DNA of 64,000 nucleotides from an uncultured Candidatus Saccharibacteria bacterium (GTDB lineage Bacteria > Patescibacteriota > UBA1384 > XYA2-FULL-43-10 > 1-14-0-10-43-13), in NCBI GenBank assembly GCA_964364265.1, contig CAYILA010000004.1:9126-73125 (forward strand), given 5' to 3'. The position numbers and the translations under genes are program-made. Below, piece by piece: positions 29,666 through 38,705 of the stretch. How positions within the stretch are numbered: position 1 is the stretch's first letter; every line of letters begins with the position of its first letter. The notes under the pieces were generated by a model that searched no databases, was not told the DNA's origin, and worked only from the letters and a program-made list of their open reading frames with translations.

Positions 29666-30706
29666 TTACTCCGCTTTATAAAGCACATAATCAAACAAAT
29701 CATACAAGCTTCCCGACTGGCGGTCAACTTTTGCCACCAACCCTCGCCTAATTCCCATATAATATCCGTTGGCGGTAATAACATTGCCGGAGCCAAGCAT
29801 GCCCTGATCGTCGCCATCCGGAGTATACCCGATGGCAAACCTGACATCGGCCCCGATCGGTTTGATAAATATCTCCGCGTCTTTACTTAAATTCTCCGAC
29901 CCCCAAATACTGCTTTTTAGACCGAGAATAGTGTAATAGCTGTTGCCGGACATCGGATAATAATTTCCGTAGCTTTCGCGCGGCGCGCGAAGATCGATGA
30001 CATCGTTGGCGGAGTACTTGGTCTGGCAGTCGGATGAACCGTTGAAAAAAAGTTTTTTCTTCTCCCGCAAGGGATATATGTTCGCGCCGCCGGACGCGAC
30101 ATAGCTATTATTGCCCACGATTTTTATTTCCAGGACAACACATTTTGAATCGGAAAAGATGGCGCTCGAACCGCCTTCGGAACCGAGAACCGGCTTGAAA
30201 TAGAGGTCGTAAAATATATTGGTTTTGGAAAAATCCAAATCAAACTTTTTTGATTCGTCTCTTCTAATTGAAAATTCAGGAGATGTCGAGGTTGTTATAC
30301 CCTCGCTCGGACTCGCCCCTTCGCCGATAAAGCGGACTCTCGGGTTCATCCGAAGATCGTAAATCTGATCGAAAATATTGCTGACCGGCTCGTTTGCCGA
30401 GATGCCGTTGCCGGAAACACCGGTCGATATCACCGAGACTTGAGTCAGATTGTTTCTAAAAGCGTAATCATTTTTATATGAGAATTCATCGCCGTAGGGG
30501 AGATTGGCGCCTTGATTGTAGCGGTAGCGCAAGAAACCCTCCTCGATTCCCGATTCGGCCGCGTAATAGGCGTAAACGCCTTTTTCGTAGGCGTTGGCCG
30601 AACCGATTTGGAGGTAAATTAATCTTCCGATACCAAGAGCGACGCTGCCAACAGCGCTAATGATAAAAACGGCAATAATCAGGGCCGATCCCATCTGGTG
30701 CTTCAT
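29666..30706 (-). CDS. PilX-like minor pilin N-terminal domain protein
   Basis: GSALIIAVFII...AYYAAESGIEEG. Confidence 0.75.
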   Translation of the reverse strand: MKHQMGSALIIAVFIISAVGSVALGIGRLIYLQIGSANAYEKGVYAYYAAESGIEEGFLRYRYNQGANLPYGDEFSYKNDYAFRNNLTQVSVISTGVSGNGISANEPVSNIFDQIYDLRMNPRVRFIGEGASPSEGITTSTSPEFSIRRDESKKFDLDFSKTNIFYDLYFKPVLGSEGGSSAIFSDSKCVVLEIKIVGNNSYVASGGANIYPLREKKKLFFNGSSDCQTKYSANDVIDLRAPRESYGNYYPMSGNSYYTILGLKSSIWGSENLSKDAEIFIKPIGADVRFAIGYTPDGDDQGMLGSGNVITANGYYMGIRRGLVAKVDRQSGSLYDLFDYVLYKAE

Positions 30707-30802
30707 AATTGCTTCTTGCCTTAATTATAACAAAATCCTGAATACAATAAAATATTTCCGAACAATTGTAGTATAATTGGTTTGACTTGAAAAAGGAGGC
30801 AA

Positions 30803-31321
30803 ATGGAATCAGAGAACAATATCTTAATAGTGTTGGCTAACAAGGATTTCCGCGACGAGGAATACAACATCCCGGAGGCGATCTATAAGGAAAATGGCAT
30901 TGGCATCAAGGTGGCGGCAGCCGACCCGAACGATTGTATCGGCACAGGCGGGACAATAATTTCTCCCGACCTAACCTTTGATCAGGTCAACGAGGATCAA
31001 TTTGACGCCATAATGTTTGTGGGAGGGTTGGGAGTCGAACGATATTTTGCCGATGAGTCGGCAATCGGCTTAGCCAAGCAATTCTATCAAGACAAAAGAA
31101 TCGTCTCGGCCATCTGTTGGGCTCCAGTGATACTGGCCAAGGCAGGGATAGTTTCCGGAAAAAGGGTTACCGGGTCGAGCGACTCGAAAAACGATTTGGT
31201 GGCGGCCGGCGGAAATTACACCGGCGCGGAAGTCGAAATCGATAGCAACATCATCACCGGCAACGGACCGGAAGCATCGGAAAAATTTGCCCAAACCGTA
31301 ACAGACGCGATTATCAAATAA
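30803..31321 (+). CDS. DJ-1/PfpI family protein
   Basis: DFRDEEY, FVGG.G, AICWAPVILAKAG, ITGNGP. Confidence 0.95.
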   Translation: MESENNILIVLANKDFRDEEYNIPEAIYKENGIGIKVAAADPNDCIGTGGTIISPDLTFDQVNEDQFDAIMFVGGLGVERYFADESAIGLAKQFYQDKRIVSAICWAPVILAKAGIVSGKRVTGSSDSKNDLVAAGGNYTGAEVEIDSNIITGNGPEASEKFAQTVTDAIIK

Positions 31322-31324
31322 CGA

Positions 31325-31353
31325 TTGAAAATCACTCGAGTTTGTGTTAAAAT
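31325..31353 (+). promoter_or_regulatory. Sigma70-type promoter of the tRNA cluster
   Basis: TTGAAA-17 nt-TAAAAT. Confidence 0.65.
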
Positions 31354-31370
31354 CACATGGTATTTTTTAT

Positions 31371-31447
31371 GCCGCGTTCGTCTAGTGGTCCAGGACATCG
31401 CCCTCTCACGGCGAAGATCATGGGTTCGACTCCCATACGCGGTACCA
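31371..31447 (+). tRNA. tRNA-Glu(CTC)
   Basis: Cloverleaf; anticodon arm tcgcc-ctCTCac-ggcga; GGTTCGACT; encoded CCA. Confidence 0.95.
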
Positions 31448-31454
31448 AAATTAT

Positions 31455-31528
31455 TCCGAGATCGTCTAGCGGCAGGACAGCGGATTCTGGCTCCGCCAAC
31501 CTAGGTTCGAATCCTAGTCTCGGAACCA
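31455..31528 (+). tRNA. tRNA-Gln(CTG)
   Basis: Anticodon arm gcgga-ttCTGgc-tccgc; GGTTCGAATCC; encoded CCA. Confidence 0.95.
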
Positions 31529-31552
31529 TACATTCTTTACTTTCTAATATCC

Positions 31553-31671
31553 TTTGATGCAGTCTAGCGGTCCGCCTGCCCTCCGGGCAGAGCGAGATCT
31601 CGCCCGAAGGGCGGACAGGACAGCGGATTCTGGCTCCGCCAACCTAGGTTCGAATCCTAGTCTCGGAACCA
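31553..31671 (+). pseudogene. Degenerate tRNA-Gln(CTG) duplicate with 45-nt D-loop insertion
   Basis: 3' 56 nt identical to 31473-31528; insert 31571-31615 bounded by tccgcc...ggcgga; 5' acceptor strand decayed. Confidence 0.88.
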
Positions 31672-31856
31672 AAAAAAACGAATACCCTCTCGGTAGTCGT
31701 TTTTTAAATGAAGAGAAACTGTTTTCGCTTATCGCTAAAGTAAATTCAATCGGGGAGCGTCAAAGTCGCCCAACATTAAAAGGATGGTCGGCCTCGGGCC
31801 AAGACTTGCTTACTAGCTAATTTGCTGATGCGCTGACTAGCTGATAAGCTAATCTT

Positions 31857-32414
31857 ATGAACACCCCGATTTTTGTCATTTCCGGACCCTCCGGATCGGG
31901 CAAGGACTCTGTCATTGCCCCCTATAAAAATAATCCGGCTTTTTCGATTTTGGTGACCTGCACCACTCGTCCTATCCGCGAGGGTGAGATCGCCGACAGG
32001 GATTACCATTTCCTGTCAGACGATGAGTTCGAAAAAGAAATCCAAAACGACCACTTTCTCGAATGGGAACCGGTTTTTAATGACAAATACGGCAGTCGGA
32101 AAAACGATCTGGAGAATTTATTAAAATTAGGCCGTCCGGTAATCGCAAAACTCGATGTCAAGGGGGCGATGAACATAAAAAAGCGCTATCCCGATGCTGC
32201 GACCGTTTTCATAATGCCGCCCGATATCAAAGACGCTGAAAAACGGCTCGAAAAGCGTTCGACCGAGAGCGAAGAAGCGATCTGCGTCCGCAAATCCCGC
32301 TATCGACTCGAGCTCGGTTACAAGGATAAATTTGATTTTGTAATCATCAACGACGATCTTAAAAAAGCGCAAGAGGAGTTTGCGTCAATAATCCAGCGCT
32401 TTATCAACATTTGA
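31857..32414 (+). CDS. gmk: Guanylate kinase
   Basis: SGPSGSGKD, TTRPIREGE...DYHF, FLEW, IINDDL. Confidence 0.97.
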   Translation: MNTPIFVISGPSGSGKDSVIAPYKNNPAFSILVTCTTRPIREGEIADRDYHFLSDDEFEKEIQNDHFLEWEPVFNDKYGSRKNDLENLLKLGRPVIAKLDVKGAMNIKKRYPDAATVFIMPPDIKDAEKRLEKRSTESEEAICVRKSRYRLELGYKDKFDFVIINDDLKKAQEEFASIIQRFINI

Positions 32415-32445
32415 CGAAAACTATTTCCGACAGTAAGATAAACAT

Positions 32446-32871
32446 ATGAATAATACTGATAAAAATGATATGACCGTTTCCGAGCTTGCCCGGATAATGG
32501 ACAAAAAGTTTGACGGATTGACCGAGATTATGATCTCCGGTTTTGACCGTTTGGAAAAACGATCGGACGATATAGAGAGCGATGTAGAGATCATCAAATC
32601 CGATGTCGGAGTACTCAAGTCTGATGTTGGCACGCTCAAGTCTGATGTTGGCACGCTCAAGTCTGATGTTGGCACGCTCAAGTCTGATGTTGGCACGCTC
32701 AAGTCTAGTATGATAGATGTTCAATTAACTCAGAGAAAACATACTGAAACGCTTGCCGAACATTCAAAAATCCTTCACCGGATAGAAGGCGATGTAGAGA
32801 TGCTGATCGACCGCGACCTCAATCATGAAACGCGTATCGGAAGATTGGAAAAAATCGCCAAACCGATTTAA
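32446..32871 (+). CDS. Coiled-coil protein with tandem heptad repeats
   Basis: (LKSDVGT)x4; C-terminal HETRIGRLE. Confidence 0.8.
   Translation: MNNTDKNDMTVSELARIMDKKFDGLTEIMISGFDRLEKRSDDIESDVEIIKSDVGVLKSDVGTLKSDVGTLKSDVGTLKSDVGTLKSSMIDVQLTQRKHTETLAEHSKILHRIEGDVEMLIDRDLNHETRIGRLEKIAKPI
32614..32706 (+). repeat. 21-bp perfect tandem repeat (four copies plus partial)
   Basis: (ctcaagtctgatgttggcacg)x4 + ctcaagtct. Confidence 0.97.
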
Positions 32872-32876
32872 TTATT

Positions 32877-32970
32877 GTTCGAGCGAGGTCGCCACGGCGA
32901 CCGAATCGAGAACTCCTCGTCCACTGTCATTTCGAGTGATCCGCCAGCTGGCGGAGAACCGAGAAATCTT
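32877..32970. repeat. GTTCGAGC...TCGAGAAC element plus GTCAT half element, each with a nested hairpin
   Basis: gttcgagc[ggtcgccacggcgacc]tcgagaac; gtcatttcgag[tccgccagctggcgga]...gagaaatct. Confidence 0.7.
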
Positions 32971-32989
32971 CTGATTAATGTGATCAAAC

Positions 32990-33023
32990 AAAAAAGACCC
33001 CGTCATTCGACAGGGTCCTTTTG
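32990..33023. terminator. Bidirectional intrinsic terminator
   Basis: aaaaaa-gaccccgtc-attc-gacagggtc-ctttt. Confidence 0.75.
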
Positions 33024-33056
33024 CTTCTTCCGTATAGCTTAACAAATTAAGCAATT

Positions 33057-33250
33057 CGGGGAAGCGGCCGCCCACGGGGGGCGGCACGCTGTTCTGCTAG
33101 GTTTGAACGACGGCCCTAGCAAGCCTAAGACCAGAAGGATCAAATATTGATCACTTTGGTCTTGCCTCAATCCGGATTAGATTAAGGCAGGTGACGAGCG
33201 GGACGCGCCCCGACCCCATATAGGGGATGGCAAGCGGGGGCAATACCCAC
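33057..33250 (-). ncRNA. Putative structured RNA, possibly 6S RNA-like
   Basis: GC-rich, no credible ORF, several stems; minus-strand 3' end gttcaaacctagcagaacagcgtgcc...ggcggc loosely resembles 6S 3' strands; lies between a promoter and a terminator. Confidence 0.35.
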
Positions 33251-33319
33251 GGCGCTCCATAGAGCGTGTCCGCACTCGGAGACAAAGCTTGCTTTCGCAT
33301 GGTTCCTTGCCTCGAGGGT

Positions 33320-33413
33320 CCTCCTCCTGGATCAGGAGGAGTTAGAGGAGGTAGTTAAATAGATTTTTCTATCTTACTACCCTCACTAACTCTCCCTAAT
33401 CTAGGGAGAGAAC
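33320..33413. mobile_element. Empty MITE-like element, CCCCT-hairpin family
   Basis: ctcctcct-ggatc-aggaggag-ttagaggaggta ... taccctcactaactctccct-aatct-agggagag. Confidence 0.75.
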
Positions 33414-33472
33414 ATATCGAGACAAAGCGACTTGGCGCGAATGTGCGCCAGATCAGCATGCTACGCGTCTAT

Positions 33473-33530
33473 GCTTACTTGCCCCAAAGGGGACCCCTTG
33501 GGTCTTACCAGCTTACGCGCTTACAAGCTT
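33473..33530. repeat. gcttac octamer array with nested cccaaaggggaccccttggg hairpin
   Basis: Same architecture as 22806-22880, 36325-36385 and 45131-45190. Confidence 0.7.
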
Positions 33531-33595
33531 TATTATGTTGTTAAAGAACTGATTGAACCCTGGAGGGCCCAATCCCACTCTCATCATTGATGCAG

Positions 33596-33624
33596 ATATT
33601 ACCACATATCGCATCATTTGTCAA
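33596..33624 (-). promoter_or_regulatory. Sigma70-type promoter firing into the non-coding region
   Basis: TTGACA-17 nt-TAATAT with TG extension; boxA-like AGTTCTTTAACA at 33539-33550. Confidence 0.65.
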
Positions 33625-33629
33625 CCATA

Positions 33630-33653
33630 AAAATAGCCCTTTGGGGGCTATTT
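33630..33653. terminator. Terminator after glycosyltransferase
   Basis: aaatagccct-ttg-ggggctattt. Confidence 0.65.
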
Positions 33654-33665
33654 ATCTTCACGCTC

Positions 33666-34793
33666 TTACTTACCTATTAGATTCGTAAAAACTGGCTCGT
33701 ACTCTCGGCTGATATCGCTCCAGAGGAACTCATTTGCCCGTTTTAGGCCATTTTTTGCATATTTTTCGTATTTTCGCTTGTCATTTAACACACTCACAAT
33801 AGCCTCGGCGAGTGCCTTCGTATCGGCCGGTTTTATGAGCTCTCCAGACTCATTATTTTCAATAATATCCTTGAGGCCGCCCACACTCGAGGCGATCACC
33901 GGAATGCCCGCCGAAAGCCCCTCCAGGGCAACGATTCCAAATGGCTCGTTTAGAGAGGGAACTATGAGTAAATCCCACTCTTTCAAGTACTTATCTGCCT
34001 CTGTTTTTCTTCCCAGCAGCTTCACCTGCCCTTCCAGCTTCAGTTTACGAATGATTGATTCCAATCGCTTACGATCCCCCCCCTCGCCGATAATCTCCAG
34101 TTTGACTGATGGGATCTTTTCCAATATCGCCGGCATTGCCTCTACTAGATATCTAAATCCTTTGCGCTCATTCAGCTGTCCGATTGCGCCGATAACCGGC
34201 TTTTGGTTAGCTTCAGTTTTAGCCTTGTCTGATATCAATTTTTCAATTCCGTTTGGAATCACCGTAGTCCGCTCCGGATCGGCCATTTTGTTCTCAACTA
34301 AATATTCCTTGACCGAATTGGAGACGGCGATAATCAGGTCGGTTTTCTGATTCAGGCGTGACAACAACATTTTTTGTAAATAATGATTGATAGGATTTCT
34401 TATTCTGTACCCATAATCAAAGATATGTTCGGTATAAATATACTTAGCCCCGTGAACTTTGAGTATCCGGCCCAGAAACCCGGCCCGCGGCCCGTGAAGA
34501 TGGATGATTACCGGTCCAAAGGGATCTTTTGACTCGGCTCTTATCTTATCGATCAATCGATGCAGGGCATAGGCGGAAATGAGATCGTATTTTGATTTAA
34601 ATTCAAGGTTTTTGATATCAAGACGGGTCAGCTTCCGCGCTTCATCATTCAAATACCCTTCGGGACAGATCAAGGTACACTCGAATGATTCTCTGTTGAT
34701 GCCGGATAGCAAACCCAGAATATGCTTCGGACCCCCGCCCAAAGCAGAATCACCGATTACCTCAATCAGTTTTATCTTCCTCTTTGTTTTCAT
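33666..34793 (-). CDS. Glycosyltransferase family 4
   Basis: GGGPKH, VIPNGI, IGQLNERKG, EPFGIVALEG. Confidence 0.95.
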   Translation of the reverse strand: MKTKRKIKLIEVIGDSALGGGPKHILGLLSGINRESFECTLICPEGYLNDEARKLTRLDIKNLEFKSKYDLISAYALHRLIDKIRAESKDPFGPVIIHLHGPRAGFLGRILKVHGAKYIYTEHIFDYGYRIRNPINHYLQKMLLSRLNQKTDLIIAVSNSVKEYLVENKMADPERTTVIPNGIEKLISDKAKTEANQKPVIGAIGQLNERKGFRYLVEAMPAILEKIPSVKLEIIGEGGDRKRLESIIRKLKLEGQVKLLGRKTEADKYLKEWDLLIVPSLNEPFGIVALEGLSAGIPVIASSVGGLKDIIENNESGELIKPADTKALAEAIVSVLNDKRKYEKYAKNGLKRANEFLWSDISREYEPVFTNLIGK

Positions 34794-34796
34794 AGA

Positions 34797-36176
34797 TTAT
34801 AAGAGCTTCGCGATTGCGTAGTCGATTCTTTTCAATGATTCGGTTCGGTCGAGTGCGATTAACAGCTCGACCGGAGAAGGCGATTTTTCCTTGCCCGAAA
34901 GCGCCACGCGCACCGGCCAGAAGACATCGCCGTTCGTCATTTCGCTTCCAGCCACAGTTTCCGATAATAGATTTTGCAGCTCTTCTTCGCTCCAGACGCT
35001 GGCGGTTGCCAATTTCTGGCGGGCGACATTTAACCCTTTTTGTGTTGTTGGCGCATCTGATTTATTGAATATTAATAACTCTCTCTGATAGTCGGGCTCG
35101 GCGCGCAGTTTTTTTAGATAATCGGCAATTTCAACAAGGGTCTTGAACCCGCCCCGTTTTGCCAAGGCAATCTCCCCGTCGGTTAAATCATTGATATTCG
35201 CCGCCTCTTGCAATTCATTTTTCAACTGGCCGAAATCGCGCCCGCGGATATAGCTTTCGTTGATATGGTTTAATTTATCGATATCGAAGATAGCGGGGGA
35301 TTTATTTACATTTTCGAGCCTAAAATCGCTGATTAGCCGCTCGGCCGAGAACTCCTCGCACTCATCGCCCGGATTCCAGCCCAGAAGAGCCAAGAAATTG
35401 ACGACTGCGTCCGGCAGATACCCTATTGTCTTGTACTCGAGAACCGCTGTCGCGCCATGGCGCTTGGAAAGCTTCTTCTTGTCCGTGCCCAGAATCATCG
35501 GTAGATGGGCAAAGGCCGGCGCCTGCCAATCGAAAGCTTGATACAAGGTAATATGTTTGGGCGTGGACGAAAGCCACTCTTCGGCTCGGATCACATGGCT
35601 GATTTCCATTTCGTGATCATCGACGACAGAAGCTAGGTGGTATGTTGGAAATCCGTCTGATTTTAATATCACCGGGTCGTCCACGAGTTTGCCGTCAAAC
35701 TTGACTTTGCCTCGGATCAGATCGTCGACCACGATATCATTCGTTGGCATCTTGAGCCGGATTACACAACCCTCTTTATATTCTAAATTTTTATCGACAC
35801 AGGCACGATCATACATCGGCGCCTGTTTATTGGCGTTTTGCGTATTGCGCAAAGCCAGAAGCCGTTCTTTGGAGCATTCGCAGACATAGGCGGCGCCTTT
35901 CTCGACTAATGTAAGGGCGTGTTTTTTATAAATCTCGGTGCGCTCGGACTGAACCAGGATATCGTCGTAGTTGTCCGGCCGGATTCCCAGCCATTGAAGC
36001 GATTCTTTGATTCCGTCGACCGAGCCCTCCACATACCTCTCGCGGTCGGTGTCCTCAATCCGAAGATAGAATTGGCCATTTTCGTGCTTGGCAAAAAGAT
36101 AAGAGAATAGGGCGGTTCTGACTCCGCCGATATGAAGCTCGCCTGTGGGACTTGGAGCAAATCGTGTTCGTATCAT
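34797..36176 (-). CDS. gltX: Glutamate--tRNA ligase
   Basis: RFAPSPTGELHIGG, RIEDTD, KLSKR. Confidence 0.99.
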   Translation of the reverse strand: MIRTRFAPSPTGELHIGGVRTALFSYLFAKHENGQFYLRIEDTDRERYVEGSVDGIKESLQWLGIRPDNYDDILVQSERTEIYKKHALTLVEKGAAYVCECSKERLLALRNTQNANKQAPMYDRACVDKNLEYKEGCVIRLKMPTNDIVVDDLIRGKVKFDGKLVDDPVILKSDGFPTYHLASVVDDHEMEISHVIRAEEWLSSTPKHITLYQAFDWQAPAFAHLPMILGTDKKKLSKRHGATAVLEYKTIGYLPDAVVNFLALLGWNPGDECEEFSAERLISDFRLENVNKSPAIFDIDKLNHINESYIRGRDFGQLKNELQEAANINDLTDGEIALAKRGGFKTLVEIADYLKKLRAEPDYQRELLIFNKSDAPTTQKGLNVARQKLATASVWSEEELQNLLSETVAGSEMTNGDVFWPVRVALSGKEKSPSPVELLIALDRTESLKRIDYAIAKLL

Positions 36177-36206
36177 AGTTTAACAATATCAAATTATTCT
36201 ATCCCT

Positions 36207-36304
36207 GTCATCAAACCCCCCTTCTGTCATTCCGACCGAAGTGGAGGGATCTCTTTGATTCTATCACAAAGGGATTCTCACGTCGCTTCGCTCCTCAGAA
36301 TGAC
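36207..36304. repeat. GTCAT...ATGAC element with a staggered partial left-end copy
   Basis: gtcat at 36207 and 36226 (19 nt apart); ends ctcagaatgac. Confidence 0.85.
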
Positions 36305-36385
36305 GCATTGAGAGAGGATATAGCGCTTACTTGCTTACTTGCCCTGAAAGGGCCCCTTTCCCAAAGGGAAGCCTTCGGCTTGGGG

Positions 36386-36745
36386 TTAATATACTGCGTT
36401 AATCAGGTGATCAATCACTTCCTGGCCCTCAAAATCGTACTCAACCCCGACAACATCAATCCTCACAGTTCTGTCTGGATATTTCTGTTCAATCGCCCGA
36501 GCCAATAATTTCAGTTTATTTTGCTTTTTATAACGCACCAACTCTTGCGCCGATCCAAAACCGGTTCCTCGCACCGATTTCACTTCGACAATTACAATTG
36601 CCTTTTTATCCTGCGCCAAAATATCAATCTCGCCGCAAAACAATTTATAGTTCCGTTTTAATATTTTATAGCCGAGGCCTTTTAAATAAATTTCCGCCTC
36701 ATTTTCCCCGGCCTCTCCCGTTTTTTTATTTCTTGTTTTATCCAT
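36386..36745 (-). CDS. yraN: YraN family protein (UPF0102)
   Basis: GENEAEIYL...GYKILKRNY, GEIDIL, VEVK, RIDVV. Confidence 0.93.
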   Translation of the reverse strand: MDKTRNKKTGEAGENEAEIYLKGLGYKILKRNYKLFCGEIDILAQDKKAIVIVEVKSVRGTGFGSAQELVRYKKQNKLKLLARAIEQKYPDRTVRIDVVGVEYDFEGQEVIDHLINAVY

Positions 36746-36923
36746 AAACAAAATACCTCTTGACAACTGCCGCGCCTTCAGGAATGCCCCCTATCGACCT
36801 GGCCAAGCCGCAATGATGGTTTGCCAATGTAAATTGTTCGGGAACCTACCCTCCATTACTCTGTAATGACTGCATTATACACTTTGTTATCAATTGCCTG
36901 CAAATTACCTGACTCTTGCGTCT

Positions 36924-37463
36924 TCACTTTTTGCGTTTTTTAGCACATTCTAAAATCATCTGCTTCGTTATAAGCACGGTCTCTGAACAATTTGCCTTCA
37001 GGGCTCTGCTAATTGATTTATCAAAACCAACATAAATTATTTTCTTGCCTGCTTTTTGAGCGTCAAGTATAGCAGGAATAATGTCTGTATCTGATGAAAC
37101 CAGAAAACACCGGCTGTATTCGTTCTTTAGCGCGCCGCGGACAATATCAATCGCAATCTGGACATCTACGCCTTTTTCGTGGTATTGCAAATGGCGCAAC
37201 ATATAGCCCTTCTTGACAACTACACCCTGTTGCTCGAGATGATAAAAGAGCGACTGCTGGTTGGCGTAAAGGGTTTGAGATTTTATATCTCTTTTATTCT
37301 GCCTAATTTCTCCAACACAATATTCAATGCTACAATTGTCTCCTCCCGCAATAAGCTTGACCAATTTTTCGTAATCAAAATCAATCAAGTGCGTCCGCAA
37401 AGATAATTGCTTAGCACCATGATAAAAGTTACTTCCATCAAAAATTACAAGATCTTTCTTCAC
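36924..37463 (-). CDS. NYN domain protein (LabA/DUF88-like)
   Basis: IFDGSNFY, EKGVDVQIAID, LVSSDTD. Confidence 0.92.
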   Translation of the reverse strand: MKKDLVIFDGSNFYHGAKQLSLRTHLIDFDYEKLVKLIAGGDNCSIEYCVGEIRQNKRDIKSQTLYANQQSLFYHLEQQGVVVKKGYMLRHLQYHEKGVDVQIAIDIVRGALKNEYSRCFLVSSDTDIIPAILDAQKAGKKIIYVGFDKSISRALKANCSETVLITKQMILECAKKRKK

Positions 37464-37731
37464 CTTTTCAGTTTACAATTTCATTGGCAAAAATAAAACC
37501 CCCAGCTCCTTGTGAGAACTGGGGGGATTTAGCATATTGACGGTGAAATCACCATCTTAATAGTATCAAAGTCGCCCATTTGTTGTCAATAGTACAAAAA
37601 TGCCCCGGCTTTTTGCTAACCAGAATATCTTGTGATATCTGGCTTCGCGCAAGCTAGGGCATTTGTTGTTTGCTTAAATGTATATTGTTCGAGCTTGCCT
37701 GCGGCAGGCAGGTTATCCGTCTTTGGTTTGG

Positions 37732-38229
37732 TTACTCCTTGACTCGGTCGCCGGCGGCAGCTTTTGCTTTTCTTTCCAGTTCCTCTTCCTCGGCTTTCTT
37801 TTTGGCTTCGGCTATCTCTGCCTCTTTCGCCTTTTCTTCGGCGATCTTAGCCAATTCTTCTTCGGCGTCTTTTTCCTCCCAAACTTTGTGGTCGCGGTTG
37901 GTTTCCTTTAGGCGGGCATTCTTGCCGGAAAGCTCGCGGATGAAGTAAAGTTTGCTCCTGCGAACCCTGGACTGTTTGATTCTTTCAATCTTAACAATTC
38001 TTGGGCTGTGAATCGGGAAGACCCGCTCAACTCCGATTCCGAACGATTCTTTTCTGACTGTAAAAGTGCCGTCAAGCGTAGTGCCGTGTCTGGCGCCAAT
38101 CACAAGACCTTCAAAGATCTGGATTCTTTCCTTGCCGCCCTCGCGGACCTTGATATGAACTTTGACCGTGTCACCGGTCGAAATCTGGGGAATATTTTTT
38201 TTATTATATTTTTCTAAAATCTTTTGCAT
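37732..38229 (-). CDS. rplS: 50S ribosomal protein L19 with charged C-terminal extension
   Basis: GDTVKVH...[26 protein letters not shown]. Confidence 0.99.
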   Translation of the reverse strand: MQKILEKYNKKNIPQISTGDTVKVHIKVREGGKERIQIFEGLVIGARHGTTLDGTFTVRKESFGIGVERVFPIHSPRIVKIERIKQSRVRRSKLYFIRELSGKNARLKETNRDHKVWEEKDAEEELAKIAEEKAKEAEIAEAKKKAEEEELERKAKAAAGDRVKE

Positions 38230-38355
38230 AAATTTCCTAACTCCTACGAAATTACGAATCTACCGAAAGTACGAATCTTACAAATACTGCAATAGGATCT
38301 TAATCATTCGTAATATTTGTAATTTCGAGCAATTCGTAGATTGGTAGTAGCGAAT

Positions 38356-38637
38356 CTACGAAGTAGATTCGACGTGAACATACATTCTTTTCTGTCTGTT
38401 GCCGGAAAAACCGGTAACTCTTTTTTCCTGGAATTTGACTGTGCCGGCCGCTAACGCAAAAAGAGTGTCATCGCCCGATCGGCTGACATTTTCACCCGGA
38501 TGATATTTTGTTCCACGCTGGCGAACGATGATTCCACCGGCATTAATCTGCTGGTCTCCAAAGACCTTCACGCCCAATCTTTTGGAAACGGAATCTCGTC
38601 CTAATCTGGTACTGCCAGCCGCTTTCTTATGAGCCAT
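38356..38637 (-). CDS. rpmA: 50S ribosomal protein L27
   Basis: [24 protein letters not shown]. Confidence 0.99.
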   Translation of the reverse strand: MAHKKAAGSTRLGRDSVSKRLGVKVFGDQQINAGGIIVRQRGTKYHPGENVSRSGDDTLFALAAGTVKFQEKRVTGFSGNRQKRMYVHVESTS

Positions 38638-38705
38638 TACAAACTCCGTTTGAAAATTCTAATATCGAATATCTAAATCCGAAACAATTTTCAAAATTCG
38701 AATTT

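Noticed and set aside
31571-31615. Self-splicing intron in tRNA-Gln
   Set aside because: At 45 nt it is far too short for a group I or II intron, and the host acceptor stem is degenerate.
32614-32706. CRISPR array
   Set aside because: The repeats are contiguous with no spacers, lie in frame in an ORF, and no cas genes are present.
33230-33262. tmRNA or tRNA-like 3' end (gcgggggcaatacccacggcgctcca)
   Set aside because: No matching 5' acceptor with a TCGAC motif, and the promoter points along the opposite strand.
33057-33290. RNase P RNA
   Set aside because: Some short similarities, but the universal GAGGAAAGTCC and ACAGAA.CCGGCTT P4 motifs are missing.
36770-36900. Riboswitch upstream of yraN (ggcaaacc motif)
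   Set aside because: The remaining c-di-GMP-I consensus elements were not found.
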